Positions 8,869 through 17,000 of a stretch of DNA of 64,000 bases are shown one piece after another (within the stretch, counting starts at the first letter, position 1; each line of letters starts with the position of its first letter). A program made the translations under genes and the position numbers. Under the pieces are notes generated by a model. It did no database searches. It was not told where the DNA came from and worked only from the letters and a program-made list of their open reading frames with translations. The stretch lies in IMG/VR virus record IMGVR_UViG_3300027708_003081; one strand, written 5' to 3'. The stretch comes from a virus. Taxonomy: Duplodnaviria; Heunggongvirae; Uroviricota; Caudoviricetes.

Positions 8869-9378
8869 ATGAAAAAAGTATTAGTTATTTTAGGAGTTAT
8901 TGCTTCTATCAACACTTTCGGTCAGACACCGGCAGTAAAAACAACAACAACATCTAAGTTCAATTACAGGGTGGGTATTGCAACAGGACTTCCAGTAGAT
9001 GTTAATGTTGAGGAAAGTAGATTAAAGACATCATCTACAATGGGTGAGGTGTCTTACAAAAACACAAAGTTATCTAAAAAAATCACATTAACCGCAAATG
9101 CAGGTTACTTAAGATTTACGTCAACAGACGGTACGGGATATGCAAAAATTCCTGTTATGGTTGGTGTTAGATATCCAATTAATGAGACTTTTTACTTCGG
9201 AGCAAGTGCAGGTCCATCTTTTTACAATAAAAAAGAAAATGGTACTACTGAATTAGTGTATTCACCATATGTCGGACTTCAAGTTAAAAAAATCTCTTGT
9301 GATTTCAGATATTTGAATTTCACACGTAAAGACTACGTTCAAAAGACAATTGGTTTGGTTTTTGGATACACCCTGTAA
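8869..9378 (+). CDS. Secreted outer-membrane beta-barrel protein (Bacteroidota-type)
   Basis: Signal peptide, alternating amphipathic strands, C-terminal IGLVFGYTL. Confidence 0.75.
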   Translation: MKKVLVILGVIASINTFGQTPAVKTTTTSKFNYRVGIATGLPVDVNVEESRLKTSSTMGEVSYKNTKLSKKITLTANAGYLRFTSTDGTGYAKIPVMVGVRYPINETFYFGASAGPSFYNKKENGTTELVYSPYVGLQVKKISCDFRYLNFTRKDYVQKTIGLVFGYTL

Positions 9379-9402
9379 TAAAGAAAAAAACGAAATCTAA
9401 AG

Positions 9403-9432
9403 GCGACAAACATTAAGTTTGTCGTTTTTTTT
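9403..9432 (+). terminator. Rho-independent terminator
   Basis: GCGACAAAC-ATTAA-GTTTGTCGT followed by a T-run. Confidence 0.7.
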
Positions 9433-9462
9433 GCTTATATGAGATATTTATCAGTAAAAGTT

Positions 9463-9951
9463 ATGAAAAAAACGTTATTATTATTTTTACTATTGACCGC
9501 GACAATAGTTTCATTCGCACAATTTAAATTACCATCAAACAGAAGTAGCGCGGGAGTTGAGATATTTGTACCAACAGGTAATTTATCTAAAACACATTTT
9601 CTTGGTTTGAGCGCAAATCTTCAAATGGAGATGAGAAATCCAAAAAATCCTGCGGGAATCTTGTTATTTTCAGGATATAATTATTGTCTCCCAAAATCAG
9701 GTTCAAAATCTTTTATTATGTTTCCTGCACTTGTTGGTGTTAAATATCATTTGACTAATTTAATTTCAACAGGAAGTATGATGGGAGTTAGTTTTGTTAA
9801 TAGAGGTGGAGGAATTAGGTATACCTACTCTATGTCTATGGGATTTGAAAATGAAGATTGGTCAACAGACATAAAATTCGGAGGTTCTACATTTCCCGGG
9901 CATGAAAATGACTATTCGGGATTTAGTGTAAGATTTGCTTACCGACTATAA
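9463..9951 (+). CDS. Second outer-membrane beta-barrel protein
   Basis: Signal peptide MKKTLLLFLLL...SFAQ; IPVMVG/FPALVG strand shared with 8869; C-terminal FSVRFAYRL. Confidence 0.7.
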   Translation: MKKTLLLFLLLTATIVSFAQFKLPSNRSSAGVEIFVPTGNLSKTHFLGLSANLQMEMRNPKNPAGILLFSGYNYCLPKSGSKSFIMFPALVGVKYHLTNLISTGSMMGVSFVNRGGGIRYTYSMSMGFENEDWSTDIKFGGSTFPGHENDYSGFSVRFAYRL

Positions 9952-10015
9952 AAAGAAATTAAACTCCGCTAACCGGGGTTTTTTATTTATAATAAATTAA
10001 AACAAAAAAACCAAA

Positions 10016-12007
10016 ATGAAAAAAATCACATTATTACTTTCGTTATTGTTTATGACGGTGTTATTCACGTCATTAAAAATAACAAGTAATCCAAATTGCC
10101 CAACAGGGTATTCAACGGCTCCATCACTAAATGGTACAACTGTAAGGAATTGTACAAGTTGTCACGGAGATTATTCATTAAACACGGCTGGTGGAGGAAT
10201 TACGGTAACAGGATTACCAACAACATTTACTCCAGGTACTGCATATCCTTTTAGTGTAAAGGTAACTCATTCAGCTGCGAACAGAACAGTATGGGGTGTT
10301 GCAATTAAAGCGGTGGATACATTAACTCATGCAGTTATTGGAACTTGGACTACAACAAATCCAAACACATCAATTAAAGGAACTCCAACAATTGCAAATG
10401 GTAATTATGAGTTGAGTCATGCAAATGCCGCAACATCAACCGCTACTAACACTTACACTTATTCTAATTTAACTTGGACAGCACCGGCGTTACCAACTGC
10501 GGTACAATCAAGAGTTAAGTTTTATGTTTCTGCGGTTGCTGGTAACAGTAGTGGTGATGAAGCTGGTGATTATGTTTACTCAACATCATTAACTTCAAAT
10601 CAGTATGTTGCTCCAACTCCTTGTACATTTACTTACGGACAATGGACAACTTGTTCTAATGGTACACAAACAAGAAGTTACACAACAAGTCCGGCAGGAT
10701 GTACAGGAACTCCACCCGCAGATTCAATTCAAAGAACTTGTTCAGTTCCTTGTACTTTCACATATGGTGCTTGGACAACTTGTTCTAATGGAACACAAAC
10801 AAGAAGTTATACAACATCACCAGCAGGTTGTACAGGTACACCTCCAACAGATAGTATAACAAGAACTTGTACGGTAGTTCCGCCCACATCATTACCAACA
10901 CCTGTAACAATCACAGGAACAATAAATCCTGGCGTTTGTGATACTATAAGAACATTTACTGTTCAAAACCAAAGTAATGTATTTTATGCTTGGGTAATTA
11001 GTGGTGTTGGAAATTACATTACTAATGGACAGGGAACAAATGTATTGACTGCGGTTGTTAAAGCGGGAGGAAGTGTTACAGTATCATTAAGTAATACTGC
11101 AGGTTCAATCCCGTCAACAAGTTTGGCGTTCACTAAAGCAGTTCCACCAACTCCAACGGCTATGAATGGTAGTTTGGCACCTTGCCCTAACAGTACATTT
11201 ACTTATTCATTAACAAATCCTTTACCAAGTGCAACACAAGTTGCTCCAAATGTATTTAGATGGACAACACCAGCATTTACTACAATAACTTCAGCAAATG
11301 CTGATAGTTCACAAATTACATTAAATTTTGGTGGTAGTTATGTTGGTGGTACATTATCGGCTAAAGGTGTTACAAACTGTGGTGCTGTAGGTAGTGCTAA
11401 ATCAATAGTTTTAGCGCCAACAAAGGCGGTGGATGTAGTTTCAAGTACAGGATTTTGGAATGGTTGTATTGGTAATTCAGTAAATTATTTTGTAGTTTCA
11501 CCAGTTACTTCAATCTCACCTGTTTCAGGATATAGATGGACAACACCAGCATTTACAAGTATAACTTCAGCAAACGCTGATAGTTCACAAATCACATTAC
11601 AATTTAACACAGGTTATAAGGGTGGTTCACTTAAAGTCCAAAGCTCAACAAGTTGTGGTTCTCTTGGAACTGCGGTTTCAAAAACTTTAACACATATTGG
11701 ATGCGCAGCGGGACAGAGAAATGGTATTGAAGAAGAAACTCTTGTAACTGATTTAGTAAGTTTATTTCCTAATCCAAATAATGGTGAATTTACAATTAAT
11801 ATTCAAACAGGAGATAAAATAACTCAAAAGGCTTTAATTCAAATAATTAATTTACAAGGAAATCTTTTAGACCAATATACTGTTGGTGTTAATGGTGGTG
11901 TTATTAGTAAAAAAATAACAAACACTTCATTAAAAACTGGTATGTATTTTATTACTTATATTATTGGTGATAAGAAGAAAACAATTAAGATGTATGTAAC
12001 TCAATAA
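10016..12007 (+). CDS. T9SS cargo protein: signal peptide, CxxCH/Reeler-like (choice-of-anchor V-like) domain, two TSP1-like repeats, PKD-like domains and a T9SS C-terminal sorting domain
   Basis: RNCTSCHG; duplicated CTFTYG(Q/A)WTTCSNGTQTR; duplicated RWTTPAFT.ITSANADSSQITL; C-terminal SLFPNPNNGEFTI...LKTGMYFI...KMYV. Confidence 0.85.
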   Translation: MKKITLLLSLLFMTVLFTSLKITSNPNCPTGYSTAPSLNGTTVRNCTSCHGDYSLNTAGGGITVTGLPTTFTPGTAYPFSVKVTHSAANRTVWGVAIKAVDTLTHAVIGTWTTTNPNTSIKGTPTIANGNYELSHANAATSTATNTYTYSNLTWTAPALPTAVQSRVKFYVSAVAGNSSGDEAGDYVYSTSLTSNQYVAPTPCTFTYGQWTTCSNGTQTRSYTTSPAGCTGTPPADSIQRTCSVPCTFTYGAWTTCSNGTQTRSYTTSPAGCTGTPPTDSITRTCTVVPPTSLPTPVTITGTINPGVCDTIRTFTVQNQSNVFYAWVISGVGNYITNGQGTNVLTAVVKAGGSVTVSLSNTAGSIPSTSLAFTKAVPPTPTAMNGSLAPCPNSTFTYSLTNPLPSATQVAPNVFRWTTPAFTTITSANADSSQITLNFGGSYVGGTLSAKGVTNCGAVGSAKSIVLAPTKAVDVVSSTGFWNGCIGNSVNYFVVSPVTSISPVSGYRWTTPAFTSITSANADSSQITLQFNTGYKGGSLKVQSSTSCGSLGTAVSKTLTHIGCAAGQRNGIEEETLVTDLVSLFPNPNNGEFTINIQTGDKITQKALIQIINLQGNLLDQYTVGVNGGVISKKITNTSLKTGMYFITYIIGDKKKTIKMYVTQ

Positions 12008-12024
12008 TAACTTCTTATATAGTA

Positions 12025-12058
12025 AAAAACCGGTATATGAAAATATATCGGTTTTTTT
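12025..12058 (+). terminator. Rho-independent terminator
   Basis: AACCGGTATAT-GAAA-ATATATCGGTT followed by a T-run. Confidence 0.7.
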
Positions 12059-12177
12059 TATTGACTTTTTTTAAAAAAATATGTATGTTTGTAGTCCTTT
12101 GGGAAATATGAAGATATTTATATTTCCTGGTCCTCACGGACAAACACCCCAAAACCCCAAAATAAGTTTCAAAAAGA

Positions 12178-12209
12178 TTTGATTAATTGAAAAGTTCTTC
12201 TTAACTTTG
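12178..12209 (+). promoter_or_regulatory. Bacteroidota sigma-A promoter, copy 1 of a roughly 55-nt repeat
   Basis: TTTG (12178-12181), 20 nt, TAACTTTG (12202-12209). Confidence 0.8.
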
Positions 12210-12288
12210 TGAAACAAATGAGATGAGAGTCTCACAAACCCCACAAGTAGTTTGAGAAAATTATAATAAATGTGGGGTTTATTTTGAA

Positions 12289-12299
12289 AGTTCTTTAAA
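12289..12299 (+). promoter_or_regulatory. boxA-like antitermination motif upstream of the tRNA
   Basis: AGTTCTTTAAA directly after a perfect 10-bp leader stem (12236-12245 with 12271-12280). Confidence 0.5.
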
Positions 12300-12309
12300 T
12301 AAATTATAC

Positions 12310-12381
12310 AGTGGCGTAGAGCAGTGGTAGCTCACTAGGCTCATAACCTAGGGGTCATTGGTTCGAATCCAATCGCCGCAA
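12310..12381 (+). tRNA. trnM: tRNA-Met (CAT), initiator-like, CCA not encoded
   Basis: Cloverleaf AGTGGCG / GAGC-AGTGGTA-GCTC / CTAGG-CTCATAA-CCTAG / ATTGG-TTCGAAT-CCAAT / CGCCGCA-A; the 1:72 pair is mismatched as in initiator tRNAs. Confidence 0.9.
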
Positions 12382-12403
12382 CAAAAAAAAGTTTTAAAAA
12401 AGA

Positions 12404-12435
12404 TTTGATAGAATGAAAACTTCTTCTTAACTTTG
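12404..12435 (+). promoter_or_regulatory. Bacteroidota sigma-A promoter, copy 2
   Basis: TTTG (12404-12407), 20 nt, TAACTTTG (12428-12435). Confidence 0.8.
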
Positions 12436-12440
12436 TGAAA

Positions 12441-12530
12441 CATTTCGGGGTAATTCTTCAGATTCCCTAAAAAGAATTGATTGGAAGAGCGGTATGGTGA
12501 TGTCGCTACTGGTGAATCAAACCGAAAAAA
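12441..12530 (+). ncRNA. Candidate structured small RNA of about 90 nt
   Basis: Lies between promoter copies 2 and 3; closing stem TTTCGG/CCGAAA with an internal AATTCTT/AAGAATT hairpin; no credible ORF. Confidence 0.35.
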
Positions 12531-12544
12531 AAGTTTCAAAAAGA

Positions 12545-12576
12545 TTTGATTAATTAAAAAGTTCTTCTTAACTTTG
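12545..12576 (+). promoter_or_regulatory. Bacteroidota sigma-A promoter, copy 3, upstream of the large RNA
   Basis: TTTG (12545-12548), 20 nt, TAACTTTG (12569-12576). Confidence 0.8.
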
Positions 12577-12720
12577 TGAAACAAATGAAGAAGATGGGGT
12601 TGTAAAGATTCCATTATTCTTTCCCTACCGAAAGGAGTTCAAAAATTAGAACAAAAATCGGTGATTACAAGTGGGGGGAATGAGTGGTTGTAAAGATTCC
12701 AGCATCTTCTTTAATTAGAT

Positions 12721-12731
12721 AGTTCTTTGAA
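12721..12731 (+). promoter_or_regulatory. boxA-like antitermination motif
   Basis: AGTTCTTTGAA directly after a leader domain closed by GAAGATG/CATCTTC. Confidence 0.55.
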
Positions 12732-12734
12732 TAA

Positions 12735-13605
12735 AAATATTATCCATTCAGGATGTTGATGATGAGACCTTCGGGTTGATTCTGAGATAACTGATAAAAG
12801 GTAATTGGCCGTATATGGTCATTAAATAAACCACGAAAGTGGCTTAAAGTGATTCACCTTGGTTTAGGTGGGTTGCGGCATCGGTAACGGTGCTTGAGTA
12901 TACAAGCGAGATATCGTTTAACCTTAGTACCCGAGGGTAACACTGTAGGGGAGTTGGTTAGATGGATTGGCGATGTGGGTCGTCAGTTTGAGGTGGGAAC
13001 ACCAATAAGAATAACTCGTAGAGTTAATGCAAAACATAGGGTTATCCGACTCTACTATTGCGTAACTCAGTATTAAAGTTGATTTAAAACCGAAAGGTAA
13101 GTTGGAGTACAGGTGGTGCTGTTACCAACCCTGACACGTCTCTACCAAGAGCGTCTCACTGAAGTTGACTTGAAATATGGAGGTAGGGATACTTCATAAG
13201 GGAGTTTAGTATTTGGTTGTTCAAAAGATAACTGAGCTAGCGACGGACCGCTTCCTTTTCCATCCACAAACCACTAAAACTTTGAATAAATTAATTCATA
13301 ATTAAATCAATCAAGGAAAAGTGTCCGTCAGTCGGAAATGAAAGATGACTACATAGTCGTGAGTTGTTCACGGCCACAAAGGTTCCCAAGACTAATGTGA
13401 TTTTTATGAAAGTCTTCTAGTCCCGCAAGGACTAATCAGGGTGGCAACCTTGAGGAGTGATGAGTAGTAAGAGAGTATTTTTCGACTTAAAGTGTGATTG
13501 ACTTTATCAATCGTCATTAAGATTTACTTTTCAAAAGAAAGTGGAAACGAAGGGAAACAATAATCCTTCTAAAGAATCTTACAAGATGGTGTATTCTCAA
13601 CCTTT
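12735..13605 (+). ncRNA. Large ornate non-coding RNA (GOLLD/ROOL-class candidate; boundaries approximate)
   Basis: About 870 nt, more G/C-rich than the flanks, with no credible ORF. Hairpins include ACC-TTCG-GGT, CCAC-GAAA-GTGG (12831-12842), GCATCG-GTAA-CGGTGC (12878-12893), ACC-GAAA-GGT (13089-13098), TAGTCC-CGCAA-GGACTA (13418-13434) and GATTGA-CTTTA-TCAATC (13496-13512). Long-range stem GACGGAC/GTCCGTC. Adjacent to a tRNA. Confidence 0.75.
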
Positions 13606-13614
13606 TTTTTATTT

Positions 13615-13641
13615 ACCTGTCACTTTTGACGGGTTTTTTTT
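13615..13641 (+). terminator. Rho-independent terminator closing the ncRNA unit
   Basis: ACCTGTCA-CTTT-TGACGGGT followed by a T-run. Confidence 0.75.
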
Positions 13642-13674
13642 ATGCCCTCACACTATTTATTATAAAATTATATT

Positions 13675-14481
13675 ATGTCTAAACAATTTATAAATGAAGT
13701 AAGTAGAATGAAAGACCTTTTTGGATATAAAAAGGGACAAGTAATATCTGAACAAGTAACTTCAAAACAAAAAGAAGCCATGAATGCAGGATGGGGTCCC
13801 GTTACTGATGAAATTGCAAAATCACTAAAAGTTGGTTCTGACGGTAAAATATTACCAAAGGAAGTAACTCAACCAAATTCATCTACAGACCCATTTGCGG
13901 CGTATCTATGTGTTAAAAAGTTAGGACCTATTAAAACAGAAAATAGAGATGGTAAAAGTATGAAATTTGTCCAATCGGTAGAGGACAATACCGATGTAAA
14001 TATTGGAGGATTTAATTATACTTTGTCAAGTATAAAATTCTTTGAGAATGGAGATGCGGTGATTGGAGGAAAGATAGTAAAAAAATTCAGTTGTGGTACT
14101 GGTCGTGAGATAATTATTGATGATGTTAAAATAACTCCAAAACTAATCACAAAACCAGTAGTTCAAATTCCAAAAGAATTAAAAGATTCTGAAGGTGTTA
14201 AAAAATTCCAAGATTGGATGGATACTAATCATTCTAATTGGGTTAAGGGTGGTAAAAATTTAAATAAAGGCGGTGGGTATGGTAAATTTGGTCCAAGTAC
14301 AAGTGCTGCTTGGAGTAAATATAAAAATGAATATTTAGGTGGTTCTAAAACAACAGATACAGGTTTTTCACCAATTAATAAAATGATGGCAGGAACTAAA
14401 GATTTTCCTGGTGCATTTAATACAGGTGGTATAGGTGTTTCTGATGAAGAAGATAAAGAATTATACACAACAAAAAATTAA
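13675..14481 (+). CDS. MSKQFINEVSRMK-leader protein with a peptidoglycan-binding-like C-terminal motif
   Basis: VKKFQDWM...GYGKFGPSTSAAW resembles PG_binding_1; the first ~27 aa are shared with the next gene. Confidence 0.65.
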   Translation: MSKQFINEVSRMKDLFGYKKGQVISEQVTSKQKEAMNAGWGPVTDEIAKSLKVGSDGKILPKEVTQPNSSTDPFAAYLCVKKLGPIKTENRDGKSMKFVQSVEDNTDVNIGGFNYTLSSIKFFENGDAVIGGKIVKKFSCGTGREIIIDDVKITPKLITKPVVQIPKELKDSEGVKKFQDWMDTNHSNWVKGGKNLNKGGGYGKFGPSTSAAWSKYKNEYLGGSKTTDTGFSPINKMMAGTKDFPGAFNTGGIGVSDEEDKELYTTKN

Positions 14482-14486
14482 TAATT

Positions 14487-15728
14487 ATGTCAAAACAATT
14501 TATAAATGAAGTAAGTAGAATGAAAAACCTCTTTGATTACAAAAGAGGTGTTGTCATTTCTGAACAAAAATTTTTGAACGAAGCTGAAATTCCATTTCCT
14601 GCGGGAGTATCCAAAGAAGCATATGATGAAATAATGGGTATTTCTGCAGAAAACAAAAAAACAGGGCGGGGTTCATACTTGTTTCCCACACAAGCTGCTG
14701 AAATAGACAAAAAATACGGTGCGGGAATTTTCAAAAAATTTACTGATGCTGGAGGGTACGATGTTTTAGCGGGAAAATCAACTTTTACAACAACGGAACC
14801 TGGAGCTAAAACTAACTCTACATACTCCACCACATGGAATCCCGCGGCGCAATACGGCATTAAAGGTACTAAAGTTGAAGAATATCCTGAATGTGTTAGA
14901 GCATTTGGAAATCCCATTTCAAATACGGCAAAAACAGTATATGGTATTGCTGGAACTGGTGAATATAAAGGATATTTTTTTTATTCTAATATAGGTGATA
15001 ACGTGGCTCCGAAAGGAAGAGTTCTAAAATCAGATGGTACTATGGGTGATTATACTTGTTTCAACGGGAAAATTGTTATAGATGGTAATTATGGTGCCGC
15101 TCCGGCAGGGGCTGCGGCGGCAAAACAACCGACACAGTGGACTAAAGAACCTGCAACTTTGGATGACGATAAGAACACACTAAAAAAACAAATGACAGGT
15201 GAAAAAGTAAAACAATTACAAACAGGATTAGATATTAAAAATAAAGGTGGTAAATCTTTAGCAACAGGAAAATTTTGGACACTAACTGATACAAAACTAA
15301 AACAATTATATCCTACTGAATATACAACACAAAAAGGTGTTACAAAAACTTTATTTGATAAGATTGTTAATCCAACATTAAAAGCATCAACAGCTGCGGC
15401 ACCTACAACAATACCTGTGACAGGAACAACACCTGCAGCAGGGGTAACACCGGCAACGGAAATAACCCCTACAATCATATCGGCACCACAAATTGCTGCT
15501 GCTGCAAAAACAACACCTGAGGAGTTTTATAATACTTTAAGGAAAAATGGATATATTCAGGGAGCGCCTGAGGAAGGTGATGGTAGGATTAAGTATAAAG
15601 CACCAAAAGGAGAAACTCCAAATCTTATGAAAGACCAACAAGATTTACTTACACAACAGATGAATACTTTTGGTTATGATTTTTACCGAAAAGGAAATGA
15701 TAATAGATTAGTTTATACTAAAAGATAA
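14487..15728 (+). CDS. Paralogous MSKQFINEVSRMK-leader protein with a PG-binding-like motif
   Basis: MTGEKVKQLQTGL...TGKFWTLTDTKLKQ; Ala/Thr/Pro linker. Confidence 0.65.
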   Translation: MSKQFINEVSRMKNLFDYKRGVVISEQKFLNEAEIPFPAGVSKEAYDEIMGISAENKKTGRGSYLFPTQAAEIDKKYGAGIFKKFTDAGGYDVLAGKSTFTTTEPGAKTNSTYSTTWNPAAQYGIKGTKVEEYPECVRAFGNPISNTAKTVYGIAGTGEYKGYFFYSNIGDNVAPKGRVLKSDGTMGDYTCFNGKIVIDGNYGAAPAGAAAAKQPTQWTKEPATLDDDKNTLKKQMTGEKVKQLQTGLDIKNKGGKSLATGKFWTLTDTKLKQLYPTEYTTQKGVTKTLFDKIVNPTLKASTAAAPTTIPVTGTTPAAGVTPATEITPTIISAPQIAAAAKTTPEEFYNTLRKNGYIQGAPEEGDGRIKYKAPKGETPNLMKDQQDLLTQQMNTFGYDFYRKGNDNRLVYTKR

Positions 15729-15733
15729 TATTT

Positions 15734-15759
15734 AAACCCACTTTTATAGTGGGTTTTTT
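15734..15759. terminator. Bidirectional terminator between convergent genes
   Basis: AAACCCACT/AGTGGGTTT stem. Confidence 0.65.
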
Positions 15760-16015
15760 AATCCCACGACTTTTTTAATGCGACAGGAGTATAAGTACCT
15801 TTCTCTTTCATCTCTTCAAAGTACTCTGATATCTTACGAGCAGTTTCTCTACCCTCTTCAAATATTAGGTTAATATATACGAATCTTGGAGTAATTTCGG
15901 ATAATTGAGATATGTCTAATTCTTTTAATAAGTGATTAATTAACATATTGGCATAATCTTTGGCATAATGTAAGTCTTCAAAGATTTGTCTTAAAATTTC
16001 AATATCTCTTTCCAT
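15758..16015 (-). CDS. Hypothetical protein
   Basis: ORF track; start refined to MERDIE. Confidence 0.6.
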   Translation of the reverse strand: MERDIEILRQIFEDLHYAKDYANMLINHLLKELDISQLSEITPRFVYINLIFEEGRETARKISEYFEEMKEKGTYTPVALKKSWD

Positions 16016-16140
16016 AGTAGTTTTTTTATCGGTTAACAAGTATACTAACAATCCCCCAGTTTTTCAAGTGGACAGTAATAAATAAATATTTTGTAATTCA
16101 AAAAAGTATTCCTACCTTTGTTTAAACAAAATTAAACTAT

Positions 16141-16674
16141 ATGTTTGACAAATTAATAGAATTTTTAATACAGTTTTTGGATGATGTTCTTCCTTTTAAA
16201 GTGATTAATGAGTGGGAGAAAGGGGTTTATTTGAGATTTGGTAAATATGTTAAAAACGTTGAACCGGGTATTGTGTTTAAGATACCATTTGCCGATAAGG
16301 TATGGCATTCACCTGTAATAACTCAAACAATTCACCTACAACCCCAAACTTTAACAACTCTTGATGAGAAGGATGTCGTATTAAAAGCAATTGTAAGATA
16401 TCACGTACAAGATGTTAAAAAATATCTATTAAATGTTATGCACGCATCTGACGTACTTGTTGATACCACTCAGGGAGTCATTAGAGACACCGTAGAGGGT
16501 TATAATTGGGAGGACTTGTACAATATAAGTCAGACATTAGAAGAACAAGTTCAGGGTATTGTTGAGGATTGGGGTATTAGAATAGAAAGAATTACATTAA
16601 CTGACTTGGGTATTGTTAAGACATATAGAATTATGTCAGATAATACAAAACCAACACAAATAATTCCAGAATAA
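16141..16674 (+). CDS. SPFH/Band 7 (stomatin/HflC-like) protein
   Basis: EKGVYLRFGK...PGIVFKIPF...QTLTTLD...ITLTDL; TAnnTTTG promoter at 16113-16120. Confidence 0.9.
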   Translation: MFDKLIEFLIQFLDDVLPFKVINEWEKGVYLRFGKYVKNVEPGIVFKIPFADKVWHSPVITQTIHLQPQTLTTLDEKDVVLKAIVRYHVQDVKKYLLNVMHASDVLVDTTQGVIRDTVEGYNWEDLYNISQTLEEQVQGIVEDWGIRIERITLTDLGIVKTYRIMSDNTKPTQIIPE

Positions 16675-16721
16675 TTTTGGTAATTCAAAAACTTTAATTA
16701 CCTTTGTTAAAACATTAAGAT

Positions 16722-17000
16722 ATGGAAATGAATCACAACATTAGAATTCAACACGAAAAGTTTGGTATTTTACTTGACGAGACATTTGTTAATCCGGTTC
16801 AGTTTAAACTATTTTTGAGATTAACTCAAAGCTGTGTTGAGATGAAACAGGATTTAACATTCTTTAACGGTACGGATTTCTTTATTCATATTCCTTATGA
16901 TAAATTGAAGGAGTGTATCATCAATACAAAAGTGGATACTTATACTTTAACAGACCATATTAGAAACAAATCAAAATTGGAGGCATTAGAAACATTATGA
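16722..17000 (+). CDS. Hypothetical protein
   Basis: ORF track; promoter TACCTTTG at 16699-16706. Confidence 0.7.
   Translation: MEMNHNIRIQHEKFGILLDETFVNPVQFKLFLRLTQSCVEMKQDLTFFNGTDFFIHIPYDKLKECIINTKVDTYTLTDHIRNKSKLEALETL

Noticed and set aside
12894-13076. 60-aa ORF inside the non-coding region (also 12348-12614 on the minus strand)
   Set aside because: Short, with atypical composition, and overlapping tetraloop hairpins or the tRNA. These are better explained as chance ORFs in structured RNA.
12735-13605. Group I/II intron, tmRNA, RNase P RNA or rRNA fragment
   Set aside because: There is no interrupted host gene, no group II domain V signature, no tmRNA GGGG...CCACCA ends and no recognisable rRNA sequence. 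AAGGAAAAGTGTCC only loosely resembles the RNase P GAGGAAAGTCC motif, and the other conserved regions were not found.
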